Of a stretch of DNA of 34,331 bases, positions 1-8,018 are shown in pieces. Numbering within the stretch: the stretch's first letter is position 1; the number at the start of each line of letters is the position of its first letter. Source of the stretch: a virus (lineage: Duplodnaviria > Caudoviricetes); the IMG/VR virus record IMGVR_UViG_3300020045_001687, positions 1 through 34,331 of that record; one strand, given 5' to 3'. The notes beneath the pieces are model-generated. The model did not search any database and was not told the origin of the DNA. It saw only the letters and a list, made by a program, of their open reading frames with translations. A program made the position numbers and the translations under genes.

Positions 1-119
1 TTGTAACATAAAGCCTTTATCAGTATGTTGTAATCCTTCCTCTTCAGGTCATAAGGCTAGCAGTATCGACGCTAGCTAACACTACTAAGCTTTTATGTCA
101 CGATGCCATTATAGCACAA
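1..119. repeat. Left arm of 119-bp inverted repeat (partner 393-511)
   Basis: Reverse complement of 1-119 matches 393-511 with one mismatch (position 34). The arm runs to the window edge. Confidence 0.95.
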
Positions 120-133
120 CTAAAGAACACATC

Positions 134-346
134 ATGAGAGCTAGTGATTTTCCGATAGGGTCAACGCACCCTGCACTGTGTGAAAACTTTTACGGCGTAT
201 ATGAAGTGATAGCAGAGGTTCGTAAAGGCTATGACGGACTACGCTTTTATTTCAGCATACCTATGGTAAGAGGTAAATCGGGTAAAGAATCCTATAATGT
301 ATGCGGTTTCGTAAAAGAGGAACACAGCGGATTTGTTCTTATTTGA
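134..346 (+). CDS. Small hypothetical early protein (70 aa)
   Basis: ORF inside the loop of the inverted repeat. ATG 134 is preferred over 95 because 95 lies within the repeat arm. Followed by hairpin atggaca/tgtccat (361-383). Confidence 0.55.
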   Translation: MRASDFPIGSTHPALCENFYGVYEVIAEVRKGYDGLRFYFSIPMVRGKSGKESYNVCGFVKEEHSGFVLI

Positions 347-392
347 AACAGTTTAAATTGATGGACATTACATTAGTGTCCATTGATGTAAT

Positions 393-511
393 TTGTGCTA
401 TAATGGCATCGTGACATAAAAGCTTAGTAGTGTTAGCTAGCGTCGATACTGCTAGCCTTATGACCTGAAGAGGAAGGGTTACAACATACTGATAAAGGCT
501 TTATGTTACAA
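393..511. repeat. Right arm of 119-bp inverted repeat
   Basis: Reverse complement of 1-119, one mismatch. Confidence 0.95.
394..404 (+). promoter_or_regulatory. Putative sigma70 extended -10 promoter
   Basis: TGTGCTATAAT is TGnTATAAT consensus upstream of the non-coding leader. No clear -35. Confidence 0.55.
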
Positions 512-547
512 TGTCAGCTTCGCTAGTCTCATCGTAGACTAGTCCCT

Positions 548-564
548 TGTTCTTTAACAATTTA
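548..564 (+). promoter_or_regulatory. boxA-like antitermination element 1
   Basis: TGTTCTTTAACAATTTA versus E. coli rrn boxA context TGCTCTTTAACAATTTA. Confidence 0.7.
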
Positions 565-790
565 TTAATGGTTAGACGTGAAGATGTTCACGCTATGCCT
601 CATTGTCCCTTTAGTACCATAGACTGTTAGCGTCGCGGTATGGATTAGCACGCCCTAGCATACTAGACTGTTAAAACGTATCCTCCTACAGTAAGCGGGA
701 ATAGATCAATGTGGAATAACGTAGCGTGAATGTATGTCCGTCAGAAAACATAAGACTAGGTTTTATGTCTAATTACAGCCATTAATTAAT

Positions 791-807
791 CGTTCATTAA
801 CAATTTA
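791..807 (+). promoter_or_regulatory. boxA-like antitermination element 2
   Basis: CGTTCATTAACAATTTA, a second degenerate copy. Confidence 0.6.
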
Positions 808-1078
808 TATCCATAAGCCTATACAAGCGAAAGCCGCTAACAATGGCCCATATGAAACATGATAGCGTATCCCTAGTATGCTAGACACGTTAGATTGTTT
901 CCTATCCCTATTGTTATGCTTACCCGCTAGATTTGCCATCATGTCTAGTCTTATGGTTGTTTTAATCTATGCTAGAATCAACCCTAGCGAACGTAGATAA
1001 CAAACGGCTACACTGTGACAGAGTGTAGTAATGTGTTATCTAACACAATCGGCCCTTTAATTAACTGGAGAATATACT

Positions 1079-1639
1079 ATGAATGTCAATTTTGATAAAG
1101 AACAATTTGCAATTACTTTTGCCACTGCTTTGGAAACCCTAGCAGGTAGTGAGAAAATCACTAAAGACATGCTTAGGGGTTTGTCTCGCTCAGTACTGGA
1201 GGCACATCACGCTACTGAGGATGTCCAATACATCAACAGGCTTTTGCCTACATTGTCACCTATCAATCATCGTGCAATGGTTGAATTTTTTAAGGCTTTT
1301 GGCGGGTTTATGTTTGATGAAACTGAAAAGCGTTTCACCAAAAAGCATAAGAAAACCTATGATGCCAAGCATATATTGTCTCTTGCGTTTCTTGAGAATC
1401 CAATGAACAATATTTGGTCGTGGAGCGAACGTCATTTGAATGTTGAAAAGAAACCTGAGCGCTCTCTAACTGACCGTATCAAGGATGACGTTAGCAAATG
1501 GCTTGCAAAAGCTGCAAAAGATAAGGTTAGTCAGGCTTCAATCTTAGAAGCTGTATTCAGTGCAGGTATTGAGCCTGATGCAGTTATGGTTGCATTTGAA
1601 CACATGGGACTGGAATTTGCAACAACTGAGCAGGAATAA
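1079..1639 (+). CDS. Hypothetical early phage protein (186 aa)
   Basis: GGAG RBS upstream of ATG. No recognised motif. Confidence 0.85.
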   Translation: MNVNFDKEQFAITFATALETLAGSEKITKDMLRGLSRSVLEAHHATEDVQYINRLLPTLSPINHRAMVEFFKAFGGFMFDETEKRFTKKHKKTYDAKHILSLAFLENPMNNIWSWSERHLNVEKKPERSLTDRIKDDVSKWLAKAAKDKVSQASILEAVFSAGIEPDAVMVAFEHMGLEFATTEQE

Positions 1640-1642
1640 ATT

Positions 1643-1846
1643 ATGAAAACATTCAAACGCTACACCACAATGACCGAAGCCTTTATTGATGCCATGATAA
1701 AGAACAGGTTTAAAAACGACAAAGGCTTTCTAAGCGAGTTTGTCGAAAAGGTTTACAAGGGGATTGGCACTGTAAAAGAACGCGAGTTTAATTACAATGT
1801 GTCAGCTAAGACAGTTAAACTTTTGCGAAACATGGGAGCTATTTAA
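1643..1846 (+). CDS. Hypothetical protein (67 aa)
   Basis: AGGA RBS, tightly coupled to the upstream gene. Confidence 0.75.
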   Translation: MKTFKRYTTMTEAFIDAMIKNRFKNDKGFLSEFVEKVYKGIGTVKEREFNYNVSAKTVKLLRNMGAI

Positions 1847-1869
1847 ACAATAGCTCTATAAATAAAAAT

Positions 1870-1902
1870 AGCCCTACAGTGTAAAAGCTGTAGGGCTTTT
1901 TC
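1870..1902 (+). terminator. Rho-independent terminator
   Basis: Stem agccctacag/ctgtagggct followed by a T run, with an A-rich 5' side. Confidence 0.85.
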
Positions 1903-1927
1903 TCGTCCTTAATTTGGAGAATATGCT

Positions 1928-2311
1928 GTGCAATCTTTAACTTTAATTCGTGGGTTGCCCGGAAGTGGAAAATCTACGTTAGCTAAAAAACTATGCCTCG
2001 ATTCAGATACTGTTCACTTTGAAGCTGATATGTATTTCATTAATGATAGCGGGACATATATATTTGATGCATCTAAGATTAAAGATGCACACGACTGGTG
2101 TCAACACGGAGTAAGAAAATCCTTGGATAAAGGATACAGTGTTGTAGTATCAAATACATTTGTGAAACTGTGGGAAATGAAATACTATATTTCATTATCG
2201 AATGAATTAAATATCCCTTTACAGGTTATTATTTGTAAAGGTACATTTAATAATGTGCACAATGTTCCTTTAATAAAGATCGAACAAATGGAAAAAAACT
2301 GGGAGAGTTAA
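1928..2311 (+). CDS. P-loop kinase/ATPase (AAA_33-like)
   Basis: Walker A GLPGSGKST plus EADMYF, AHDWCQ and VVVSNTF motifs. GTG start with GGAG RBS. Confidence 0.85.
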   Translation: MQSLTLIRGLPGSGKSTLAKKLCLDSDTVHFEADMYFINDSGTYIFDASKIKDAHDWCQHGVRKSLDKGYSVVVSNTFVKLWEMKYYISLSNELNIPLQVIICKGTFNNVHNVPLIKIEQMEKNWES

Positions 2312-2471
2312 TATGCATCATTACCATGTCACAATCTTGGATACTCTTATACGTGAAGCTTGGTTTAATCAAGGAAGGTTTGGATTGTCTAATGCTTTGT
2401 TCACATCGGCCAGGATGAAACGTCATGATAGCTGTGGCCTGATGAACGTTCTGGCCTGACTAGGGTTTCTT

Positions 2472-2690
2472 ATGGCAACTTTACAAGAGATAAGAGACAG
2501 TGTGCTTTATAAAAAGATAGAGCAAAAAGAACAAGACGATGTTATTTTGTCAGAGCTTGAGAAATTAGCAGGTAATGACAAGATACAGTATGATGTTACT
2601 GATGGTTCAGTTGGTATGGCTTTCACCTGGGTATACTCACCACAGGGTATTGCCTTTTGGTCTTATCTAGATAGGTTAAAAAGATACTAA
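2472..2690 (+). CDS. Hypothetical protein, paralog 1 (FxWxxSPQGxxFW motif)
   Basis: 72 aa, visibly similar to the next ORF. Confidence 0.8.
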   Translation: MATLQEIRDSVLYKKIEQKEQDDVILSELEKLAGNDKIQYDVTDGSVGMAFTWVYSPQGIAFWSYLDRLKRY

Positions 2691-2691
2691 C

Positions 2692-2910
2692 ATGGATACA
2701 TTTAAAGACATATCTAAGGAAGATATTAGAAAACTTCCTGTGTATGAACAATTAGAAGACAGATGTGATGACAGTGTATTGTTTCAGTTGGAGCTATTGG
2801 CTGGAACAGATACAAAAAGTTTTAGCATTCGATCTAGATTGTTCTATTGTTTTGATTGGGAATCAAGTCCACAAGGGTATGGTTATTGGAAGGAAATAGA
2901 TAATCTTTAG
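2692..2910 (+). CDS. Hypothetical protein, paralog 2 (FxWxxSPQGxxYW motif)
   Basis: 72 aa, shares DD..L..LE.LAG.D and F.W..SPQG...W with the previous ORF. Confidence 0.8.
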   Translation: MDTFKDISKEDIRKLPVYEQLEDRCDDSVLFQLELLAGTDTKSFSIRSRLFYCFDWESSPQGYGYWKEIDNL

Positions 2911-3035
2911 TATTTATTACTCATTCGTTTCACTCATCCGTTCACTTCGTTCACTAGAGTAATATACACACTAGTAACGGGGTACGTGTACTACCCCAAA
3001 TTTTGCTGTTTCTCGACTCATTTAGGAGAGTTTTC

Positions 3036-4220
3036 ATGGAAGAAGTTGTTTTTAATGTAGGTGATGTTGTTCGTATGAGAGAATTCTTGGCTGATGGTTC
3101 AGCTAACCTTCGTTATAAAGAACACAAAGCTAATGTTTTCACTGTGATCTCTTGTGAGGGAGGTCTTACTGATGTGTCTTATAACGATGGACAGAAAAAG
3201 AACGTGTTCTTTTCCTATCGTTTAGAGCTTGTTGTTGCTGTCAAGCCCAAGGAACTAGCTGCTGGTGACTATGTTGTGTGTACATCTGATAAGTTTAAGT
3301 CAGCTGTACATGGTGGTGTTTATCTTATTGAACGTCTAGCAGGTGACAGGCTGAAGCTCAAAGGTGTAAGTAACACTCTCCCTTCTTCTTCGTTCACACT
3401 TTATACAGGCAAACCTATTGTCGAAGACGTTGGTAATGAACTCCTTAAGGAACTTGCTGTAAAAGTAGGTAATGATCCAGGTGTGTGTTCTTACGCTATC
3501 ATGTCAAAAGATAATAAAAAGATTTGGCACATCAAGGATATTTGTCATGCTCGTATTGCTTGTGATGTCAAGGAGGTTACACACGTAGCTCTTAATTTCT
3601 CTGGTCATTACAAAAGATATGATGACCAAATGAAAGAAGACTATAAAGTTTTTCTTAATTACATTGTCAACGAGAGTCCTTTGAAAGAATGTTTCATTAG
3701 TCGTCCTGTAGATGACATGGTTAAAGATGGTGTTCTTATGAACGTAGATAAGACACTCTCTGAGGTATTTACTGCGGCTATTGCTACACGTCATTTCACA
3801 GAGTTCCCTGAGAAACGTGAGCTATTCAGTAAGATTATGAATCTTGGATTTGATGGAAATACAGCTATGTTCGTTTCCACATTCTTTGATGAAGATGATG
3901 GCCTAGTGTTTAATGGTTTCTATGGCTCTCATCATTTTCTTGCAAGTTCTCAGAAAGCAGAGGAGCTTTTCAAATTCTTCAAAGAAGGTATTAAGGATGT
4001 AGAAGGTAAGCCTTATCGTACAAAACCTAATGGTTTAAAGAAAGTTCTTGATACTGTTGCTCCTCCTGACGCTTATGGAGGAACAAACATCACAGGTTTT
4101 GTTAAGACAATTAAAGGGATGAAGGAAGCCCCTGGGGATTGGGGGAGTATCTCATACAAGATGGAAGGTGATAAGTCCCTTGTGAAAGTGTGTGCTAAGA
4201 TTTGTTCGTTAGTTAATTAA
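3036..4220 (+). CDS. Hypothetical protein with two N-terminal SH3/KOW-like repeats
   Basis: Long ORF. AGGAGAG RBS before ATG 3036. FNVGDVVR and LAAGDYVV repeats. Confidence 0.8.
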   Translation: MEEVVFNVGDVVRMREFLADGSANLRYKEHKANVFTVISCEGGLTDVSYNDGQKKNVFFSYRLELVVAVKPKELAAGDYVVCTSDKFKSAVHGGVYLIERLAGDRLKLKGVSNTLPSSSFTLYTGKPIVEDVGNELLKELAVKVGNDPGVCSYAIMSKDNKKIWHIKDICHARIACDVKEVTHVALNFSGHYKRYDDQMKEDYKVFLNYIVNESPLKECFISRPVDDMVKDGVLMNVDKTLSEVFTAAIATRHFTEFPEKRELFSKIMNLGFDGNTAMFVSTFFDEDDGLVFNGFYGSHHFLASSQKAEELFKFFKEGIKDVEGKPYRTKPNGLKKVLDTVAPPDAYGGTNITGFVKTIKGMKEAPGDWGSISYKMEGDKSLVKVCAKICSLVN

Positions 4221-4229
4221 GGAAATATT

Positions 4230-4847
4230 ATGAAACGAGTAGCTATTATCAACAGTGATGTCAACTACGACAAGCTGTTTCTAGACCTTGGGTATGCCAT
4301 TGCAGATACTTGGCATACATCAGACTTCATTTGTTTCACAGGTGGCAGCGATGTCTCTCCTTCCTATTATGGTCATAGTAAACATGCTACGACATTCAGT
4401 AATATTCAACGTGATGAAAAAGAGTCAGCTGTTTTCCGGGAGGCATTAGCTATCACAATTCCTATGTGCGGAATCTGTAGAGGCGGACAGCTCCTTAATG
4501 TTCTCTCTGGTGGTACTATGTACCAAGATGTATCTAATCACTGTCAGTCACACACCATCATGGATGTTGATACAGGCGAGATGATCTGGGCTACATCTAC
4601 ACACCATCAGATGATGAAGCCTTCTGATGATGCTGCTCTCGTTGCTATTGCAGGACTTGCTGGATATCGTGAGTACTGGGATGGACGTAAGTTTGTACGA
4701 GAGACTTCCGAAGAAGACATTGAAGCTGTGTATTATGCACATACTCGTTCTCTTTGTTTCCAGCCTCATCCTGAGTTCTATGGAATTGACTATAAGGAGC
4801 TTAAAGCTTATTTTGGTAGATTGTTGAATAAATATCTAGGGGTTTAA
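4230..4847 (+). CDS. Class I glutamine amidotransferase / peptidase C26-like
   Basis: FTGGSDV, nucleophile elbow GICRGGQ, and QPHPE triad motif. Confidence 0.9.
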   Translation: MKRVAIINSDVNYDKLFLDLGYAIADTWHTSDFICFTGGSDVSPSYYGHSKHATTFSNIQRDEKESAVFREALAITIPMCGICRGGQLLNVLSGGTMYQDVSNHCQSHTIMDVDTGEMIWATSTHHQMMKPSDDAALVAIAGLAGYREYWDGRKFVRETSEEDIEAVYYAHTRSLCFQPHPEFYGIDYKELKAYFGRLLNKYLGV

Positions 4848-4848
4848 A

Positions 4849-5163
4849 ATGAAGCCACACATTCACGCAGAGGTTATTAAAGCATGGGCTGATGGTGCTA
4901 AGATTGAGTTTCTTGAACTAATGTCGGGACATTGGTTCTATACTAGTAATCCAGATTGGCATATTGAACAGCAATATCGCGTCAAACCTGTTACAAAACC
5001 TGATGTTGTTAGGTATGTAAATTATTATGGTGGAAGTTTTGGAATACTTTTCTCTTCTTCGGAAGAGATAAATTCATTCAAAGTGAAAAGACAAGATGCT
5101 CAAACACTTGAGCTGATTTGTGATGGTGAAACAAGGGCTCTCAAATCAATTAAAATGATTTAG
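4849..5163 (+). CDS. Hypothetical phage protein
   Basis: N-terminus KPHIHAEVIKAWADGAKIE is typical of a small phage protein family. Confidence 0.8.
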   Translation: MKPHIHAEVIKAWADGAKIEFLELMSGHWFYTSNPDWHIEQQYRVKPVTKPDVVRYVNYYGGSFGILFSSSEEINSFKVKRQDAQTLELICDGETRALKSIKMI

Positions 5164-5273
5164 GCTACGCTGGTATCAACTGAAATAAATAAACGATTGT
5201 AGGCCCTTCTAGGGGCCTTCTTGCCCTATTGTCATAGTATTACTTACGTAATACGGAATCTGGAGAATTTATT

Positions 5274-6581
5274 ATTTGTGGACTTATTGGGTGTGCCGGT
5301 AAACTTACCGTAAAAGAAGAACGTATTGCTAAAGAACTCCTCATTGTAGATTCTCTACGAGGAACTGACAGCACAGGTCTTGCCATTATCCCTAAACAAG
5401 GAGATGTCAAAGTTGTTAAACAAGTTGGTGATCCTTATCAACTATTGGACATGCCAGCTACAGACAAGGCTTTTACAGGCTTTCAACGAGCTATTATTGG
5501 ACATAATCGCTTTGGTACAACAGGAGGTATTAGTAAGCGTACTGCTCATCCTTTTGATTTTGACTCTCTTGTAGGTGTACACAATGGAACACTGACAACG
5601 AAGTGGAAACTTGAGAATGGTAACGAGTTCAAGGTTGATTCTGAAGCTTTATTTAATCATATGGAAGTACACGGATTGTCCCATCTGATGCAACATATGG
5701 GTGGTGCATGGGCTTTGGTATGGTGGGATAAGGCTGAGGAGACTCTTAACTTTCTTCGTAATAAGGAACGTCCTTTGTGGATTGCATTCACTAATGATAA
5801 TGACACTCTCTTTTGGGCATCAGAGTTGTGGATGTTGGAAGGTGTTCTCCGTCGTAATGGAGTAGGTTATAAGGAACCTTTCTCACTTGGTCAGGATGTA
5901 CACCTGTCACTGGCTATTGATGACAAAGGTAGTATTTCAGGTATTAAATCTAATCCAATGCCTTCTACTTATGTTCCTTTTGTGGCAACACATCCATACG
6001 TAGCAGGCGGCTATCATAAACCTGCTCTTACACTGACACCTGAAGTAAAAAAACTGGGGGTGGTTCCCTCACAGCCAAGTTATCTAAAAGACTGCTACGC
6101 CTCATCAGTTGATGTAGTGCTGGAAGTTTTGTCACTTGTTGACAGGGATGATTATGGGAGTGCCTATCTTGCTTGCTATGACCATTTGACACCACATGCT
6201 TCAATTCGTTGGTATTTCAATAGGTCTGTTGATCCTATGGAAGCTATTGGACAAGAAATTGTTGCAGACATTGGGGGTAAGGTTGAACGGGGAAGTGATG
6301 CAACTTACTATAAAGTGTCGGCTTCTTCTGTTAAATTCGTTGAAGTTTCTGTAGGTATTGAAGAAGAAGAGGTTTTGTACGAAGATTTTCGTGGAAAGAT
6401 GTTGTCTTATAATGACTGGACAGCTAAGCATGGAGAGTGTGCATGGTGTGGACAGGTGATTCTTCCTACTGATAAACATGCTATGAGTAGTTCTGGTCAG
6501 ACATTTTGTGATTGTTGTATGGATAATAAGGATGTAAAGTACACAGTGTCTCTTACTAAGTTTGTTGAAAAAGCTATTTAA
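5274..6581 (+). CDS. Class II (Ntn) glutamine amidotransferase with C-terminal extension and Cys cluster; probable ATT start
   Basis: The frame extends upstream of 5445 to ATT-TGT-GGA-CTT-ATT-GGG (x-C-G-L-I-G). RGTDSTG, GHNRFGT, AHPF, VHNG and VDSE motifs. GGAGA RBS 7 nt before ATT 5274. C-terminal CAWC...CDCC. Confidence 0.88.
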   Translation: MCGLIGCAGKLTVKEERIAKELLIVDSLRGTDSTGLAIIPKQGDVKVVKQVGDPYQLLDMPATDKAFTGFQRAIIGHNRFGTTGGISKRTAHPFDFDSLVGVHNGTLTTKWKLENGNEFKVDSEALFNHMEVHGLSHLMQHMGGAWALVWWDKAEETLNFLRNKERPLWIAFTNDNDTLFWASELWMLEGVLRRNGVGYKEPFSLGQDVHLSLAIDDKGSISGIKSNPMPSTYVPFVATHPYVAGGYHKPALTLTPEVKKLGVVPSQPSYLKDCYASSVDVVLEVLSLVDRDDYGSAYLACYDHLTPHASIRWYFNRSVDPMEAIGQEIVADIGGKVERGSDATYYKVSASSVKFVEVSVGIEEEEVLYEDFRGKMLSYNDWTAKHGECAWCGQVILPTDKHAMSSSGQTFCDCCMDNKDVKYTVSLTKFVEKAI

Positions 6582-6601
6582 TTTAACCAAGGAGTATTGA
6601 A

Positions 6602-7393
6602 ATGAATTTTCTTATCGGATGTGACCCAGAAGTATTTGTCAAAAAGAATGGTGTGTTCCACTCAGCACATGGATTGATTCAAGGAGACAAGAAAAATCCT
6701 CAAAAGATTCGTAGTGGTGCTGTCCAAGTGGATGGTATGGCGCTGGAATTTAACATTGATCCAGCTAATAGCGAAGATGAATTTGCTTTCAATGTACAGG
6801 ACGTATATACACAGATGTGTCTTATGGTTCCTGAGTTTGAGGTTGTAGCTACTCCAGTAGCTCATTTCACACTCGAATATATTCGTGCTCAACCAGCAGC
6901 AGCTAAAGAACTTGGGTGTGACCCTGATTTCAATGCTTGGTTTAACGAAGTGAACAACAAACCTGATGGAGAACGTCCTATGCGTACTGCCGCTGGACAC
7001 ATTCACATTGGGTGGACTAACGATCAGGACATTAACAACCCTATGCATCAAGGGATGGCTAAAGAAGCTGTTAAACAAATGGATTTCTATTTGGGACTAC
7101 CTAGCTTGGAGTATGATGATGATAAGCTTCGTCGAGAAATGTATGGAAAGGCTGGATGCTTCCGTCCTAAGTCTTACGGAGTTGAGTATCGTACTCTCTC
7201 CAATGCTTGGCTTAAGAGTGAATCTCTTATTCGCTGGGCTTATCGTAGTGCTGTGAAGGGTATGACAGACCTATCTAATGGTGTCAATCTCTCTCGGAAG
7301 TATGGTGATATTCAGGACATCATTAACAATAGTGATAAGACTGAGGCAAGGAAAATTATTCAAGCTGAAGGGCTGGAGGTTTGCTATGGATGA
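6602..7393 (+). CDS. phiEco32-like COOH.NH2 ligase type 2
   Basis: IGCDPEVF, QVDGMALEFN, GCDPDFNAW, GHIHIG, RREMYGKAG and GVEYRTLSN motifs. Confidence 0.88.
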   Translation: MNFLIGCDPEVFVKKNGVFHSAHGLIQGDKKNPQKIRSGAVQVDGMALEFNIDPANSEDEFAFNVQDVYTQMCLMVPEFEVVATPVAHFTLEYIRAQPAAAKELGCDPDFNAWFNEVNNKPDGERPMRTAAGHIHIGWTNDQDINNPMHQGMAKEAVKQMDFYLGLPSLEYDDDKLRREMYGKAGCFRPKSYGVEYRTLSNAWLKSESLIRWAYRSAVKGMTDLSNGVNLSRKYGDIQDIINNSDKTEARKIIQAEGLEVCYG

Positions 7394-8009
7394 GATTTCA
7401 GTATCAGATATTCGTACTCTCTTTGTTAATTCCCTTTGTACATATAAAGGAACGCCTGTTAAAGTGTTGGAGTGTACTTATGATAAACAAGTAACTCTGT
7501 ATTACTTAGAGAATGCACACAAAGCTGTTGTTATTTTCAATCTGGATGACTTTGGTGCTCCTGTTGGACGTATTGGGTATGTAAATCATGGTAATCATGC
7601 TTTCTACTTCTCTCGTAAGCCCTTACGTCAATACGCAGTAGGTGTTAAACGAGATAATACAGACGTAAGGGCATGTCCTTGTCTCACGGATAATGATCCT
7701 ATGCATTTCTTGTATCAGCTTAATAAGATGGAGCACAAGGCAATAGCAAAAGCTATGCGTAATATCTATCCAAAGTTTGAAAAGGCTTTGGAACAAGCTA
7801 TTAAAAAGCGAGGGGTGTATGCTTTTGATAAGCAATTTGCTGTTGATTTTCATAGGAGAGTCTGGTATAAAAACAAACCTGTAGGGAACATTCCTGAAGG
7901 GTGTACAACAGTTGATGCTATCATCCTTTTTCCTGAGTATACTTATTTAGACCTTCCTCTCACACAGTCTTATGAAAAAACCATCAAAACATTTAGTCAA
8001 AGTAGCTAA
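7386..8009 (+). CDS. Hypothetical protein in ligase cluster
   Basis: GGAGG RBS before ATG 7386, overlapping the previous stop. Confidence 0.8.
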   Translation: MDEISVSDIRTLFVNSLCTYKGTPVKVLECTYDKQVTLYYLENAHKAVVIFNLDDFGAPVGRIGYVNHGNHAFYFSRKPLRQYAVGVKRDNTDVRACPCLTDNDPMHFLYQLNKMEHKAIAKAMRNIYPKFEKALEQAIKKRGVYAFDKQFAVDFHRRVWYKNKPVGNIPEGCTTVDAIILFPEYTYLDLPLTQSYEKTIKTFSQSS

Positions 8010-8018
8010 GGAACTAAC

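Larger units (their letters stand above)
411..1042 (+). ncRNA. Putative multi-domain structured leader or non-coding RNA
   Basis: No ORF of 60 aa or more. Nested long-range helices: 411-425/496-509, 564-572/778-786, 573-582/762-771, 584-597/720-733, 811-825/942-956, 838-846/908-916, 994-1002/1034-1042. Most deviations are G-U wobbles on the + strand. Confidence 0.5.

Noticed and set aside
411-1078. tRNA genes or a CRISPR mini-array in the leader
   Set aside because: No T-loop or cloverleaf and no regularly spaced direct repeats found by eye. tRNAscan-SE would confirm.
2408-2456. Hammerhead-like words GAAAC and CTGATGA inside a ggccaggatg/cgttctggcc stem
   Set aside because: Stem III and the NUH cleavage triplet cannot be built properly. 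A simple long hairpin (possible RNase III site) explains it.
5445-6581. ORF-track start at ATG 5445
   Set aside because: It omits the catalytic N-terminal Cys and the RG.DSTG motif. The start was moved to 5274.
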